Shown here: piece after piece, positions 55,708 to 56,493 of the stretch
How positions within the stretch are numbered: the stretch's first letter is position 1
How the letters are laid out: each line of letters begins with the position of its first letter
Source: Yoonia sp.
GTDB lineage: Bacteria; Pseudomonadota; Alphaproteobacteria; Rhodobacterales; Rhodobacteraceae
Length of the DNA stretch: 56,493 bases
Direction of reading: 5' to 3'
NCBI GenBank assembly: GCA_036825855.1
Contig: DAISXL010000001.1
Span: 1-56,493 of the forward strand
Notes under the pieces: model-generated
What the model was told of the DNA's origin: nothing
The model's input: only the letters and a program-made list of their open reading frames with translations
Database searches by the model: none
Translations under genes and position numbers: made by a program

Positions 55708-56493
55708 CGCTGAATCAACGTCCGGCCGGTCATTTCAGGCGGCAGGTCCAGCCCCATCAGATCAAGCACTGTGGGTGCCAAATCAGCCAAACGCCCGTCC
55801 CGCAGGGTCACGCCCACAGGCCCGCCGACCAGTGCCACGGGCACAGGGTTCAGCGTATGCGCCGTATGCGGGCCGCCCGTGACCGGATCAATCATGGTTT
55901 CGCAATTGCCGTGATCCGCCGTGACGATCATCGCACCGCCCGCCTCTTGCAAGGCCGCCAGCACCGCGCCCAGCCCCGCATCAACAGCCTCGCAGGCTTT
56001 GACAGCCGCAGCGATATCGCCGGTATGTCCGACCATATCGGGGTTGGCGTAATTCGTGACAATGAGGTCATAGCCCGCACCGATCGCCTCCACAAACGCC
56101 TGCGTCACGGCGGCGGCAGACATTTCGGGCTGCAGGTCATAGGTCGCAACCTTGGGCGATTGCGGCATATGGCGGTCCTCGCCGGGATAGGGCGCCTCAA
56201 CCCCGCCATTGAGGAAAAACGTCACATGCGGATATTTCTCGGTCTCGGCCAGCCGGAACTGGCGCAGACCATGTTTGGCGACCCACGCCCCCAGCGTGTT
56301 CTGGATGTCGCGCTTGGGAAAGACGGTGTCAAACCAGCCGTCATGCCGGTCCGAATAGGACACCATGCCCAAAAGTGCGGCCAGCGCGGGCTGCGCGCGC
56401 GCAAACCCGTCGAATTCTGGATCGGCGATAGCCGCCAGAATCTCGCGCGCGCGGTCGGACCGGAAGTTCAGGCAAAACAGCCCGTCACCTTCC
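55704..56493 (-). CDS. gpmI: 2,3-bisphosphoglycerate-independent phosphoglycerate mutase (5' part lies outside the window)
   Basis: NFRSDRAREI, AETEKYPHVTFF.NGG, SPKVATYDLQPEMSA, NYANPDMVGHTG, TADHGNCE, HTAHT, LADLAPT. Confidence 0.96.
   Translation of the reverse strand, partial: EGDGLFCLNFRSDRAREILAAIADPEFDGFARAQPALAALLGMVSYSDRHDGWFDTVFPKRDIQNTLGAWVAKHGLRQFRLAETEKYPHVTFFLNGGVEAPYPGEDRHMPQSPKVATYDLQPEMSAAAVTQAFVEAIGAGYDLIVTNYANPDMVGHTGDIAAAVKACEAVDAGLGAVLAALQEAGGAMIVTADHGNCETMIDPVTGGPHTAHTLNPVPVALVGGPVGVTLRDGRLADLAPTVLDLMGLDLPPEMTGRTLIQR

Overview
High-GC, gene-dense bacterial chromosome segment. Gene content and order point to an alphaproteobacterium of the Rhodobacteraceae/Roseobacter group, possibly Yoonia/Loktanella-like (inference, not a database result). 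About 64 CDSs, mostly housekeeping: pyrC-like, plsY, gshA, rsmE, ubiA, tsaC, fdhD-mobA-mobB-moeA, mbfA, M17 peptidase, zapE, fghA, greA, ETF-QO, ctpA, envC, and gpmI (partial). The main accessory block is a compact 7-gene ABC-transporter-dependent capsule locus (13.7-23.3 kb) built around one fused GT2 + beta-Kdo-transferase-like polymerase. Other notable items: a beta-carbonic anhydrase-sbtA-sbtB operon; a MoeA with an extra ~280-aa RNase H/DUF429-like N-terminal domain; a TetR gene with three copies of a palindromic operator flanking a small secreted Cys-containing peptide gene; a DecR-like Lrp divergent from a small membrane protein and a class II amidotransferase; a frameshifted frmA; two REP-like repeat types; and candidate iron-regulatory boxes at mbfA and hemP. 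I found no rRNA, tRNA, CRISPR array, integrase or transposase. All family assignments come from motif recognition by eye and need HMM/BLAST confirmation.
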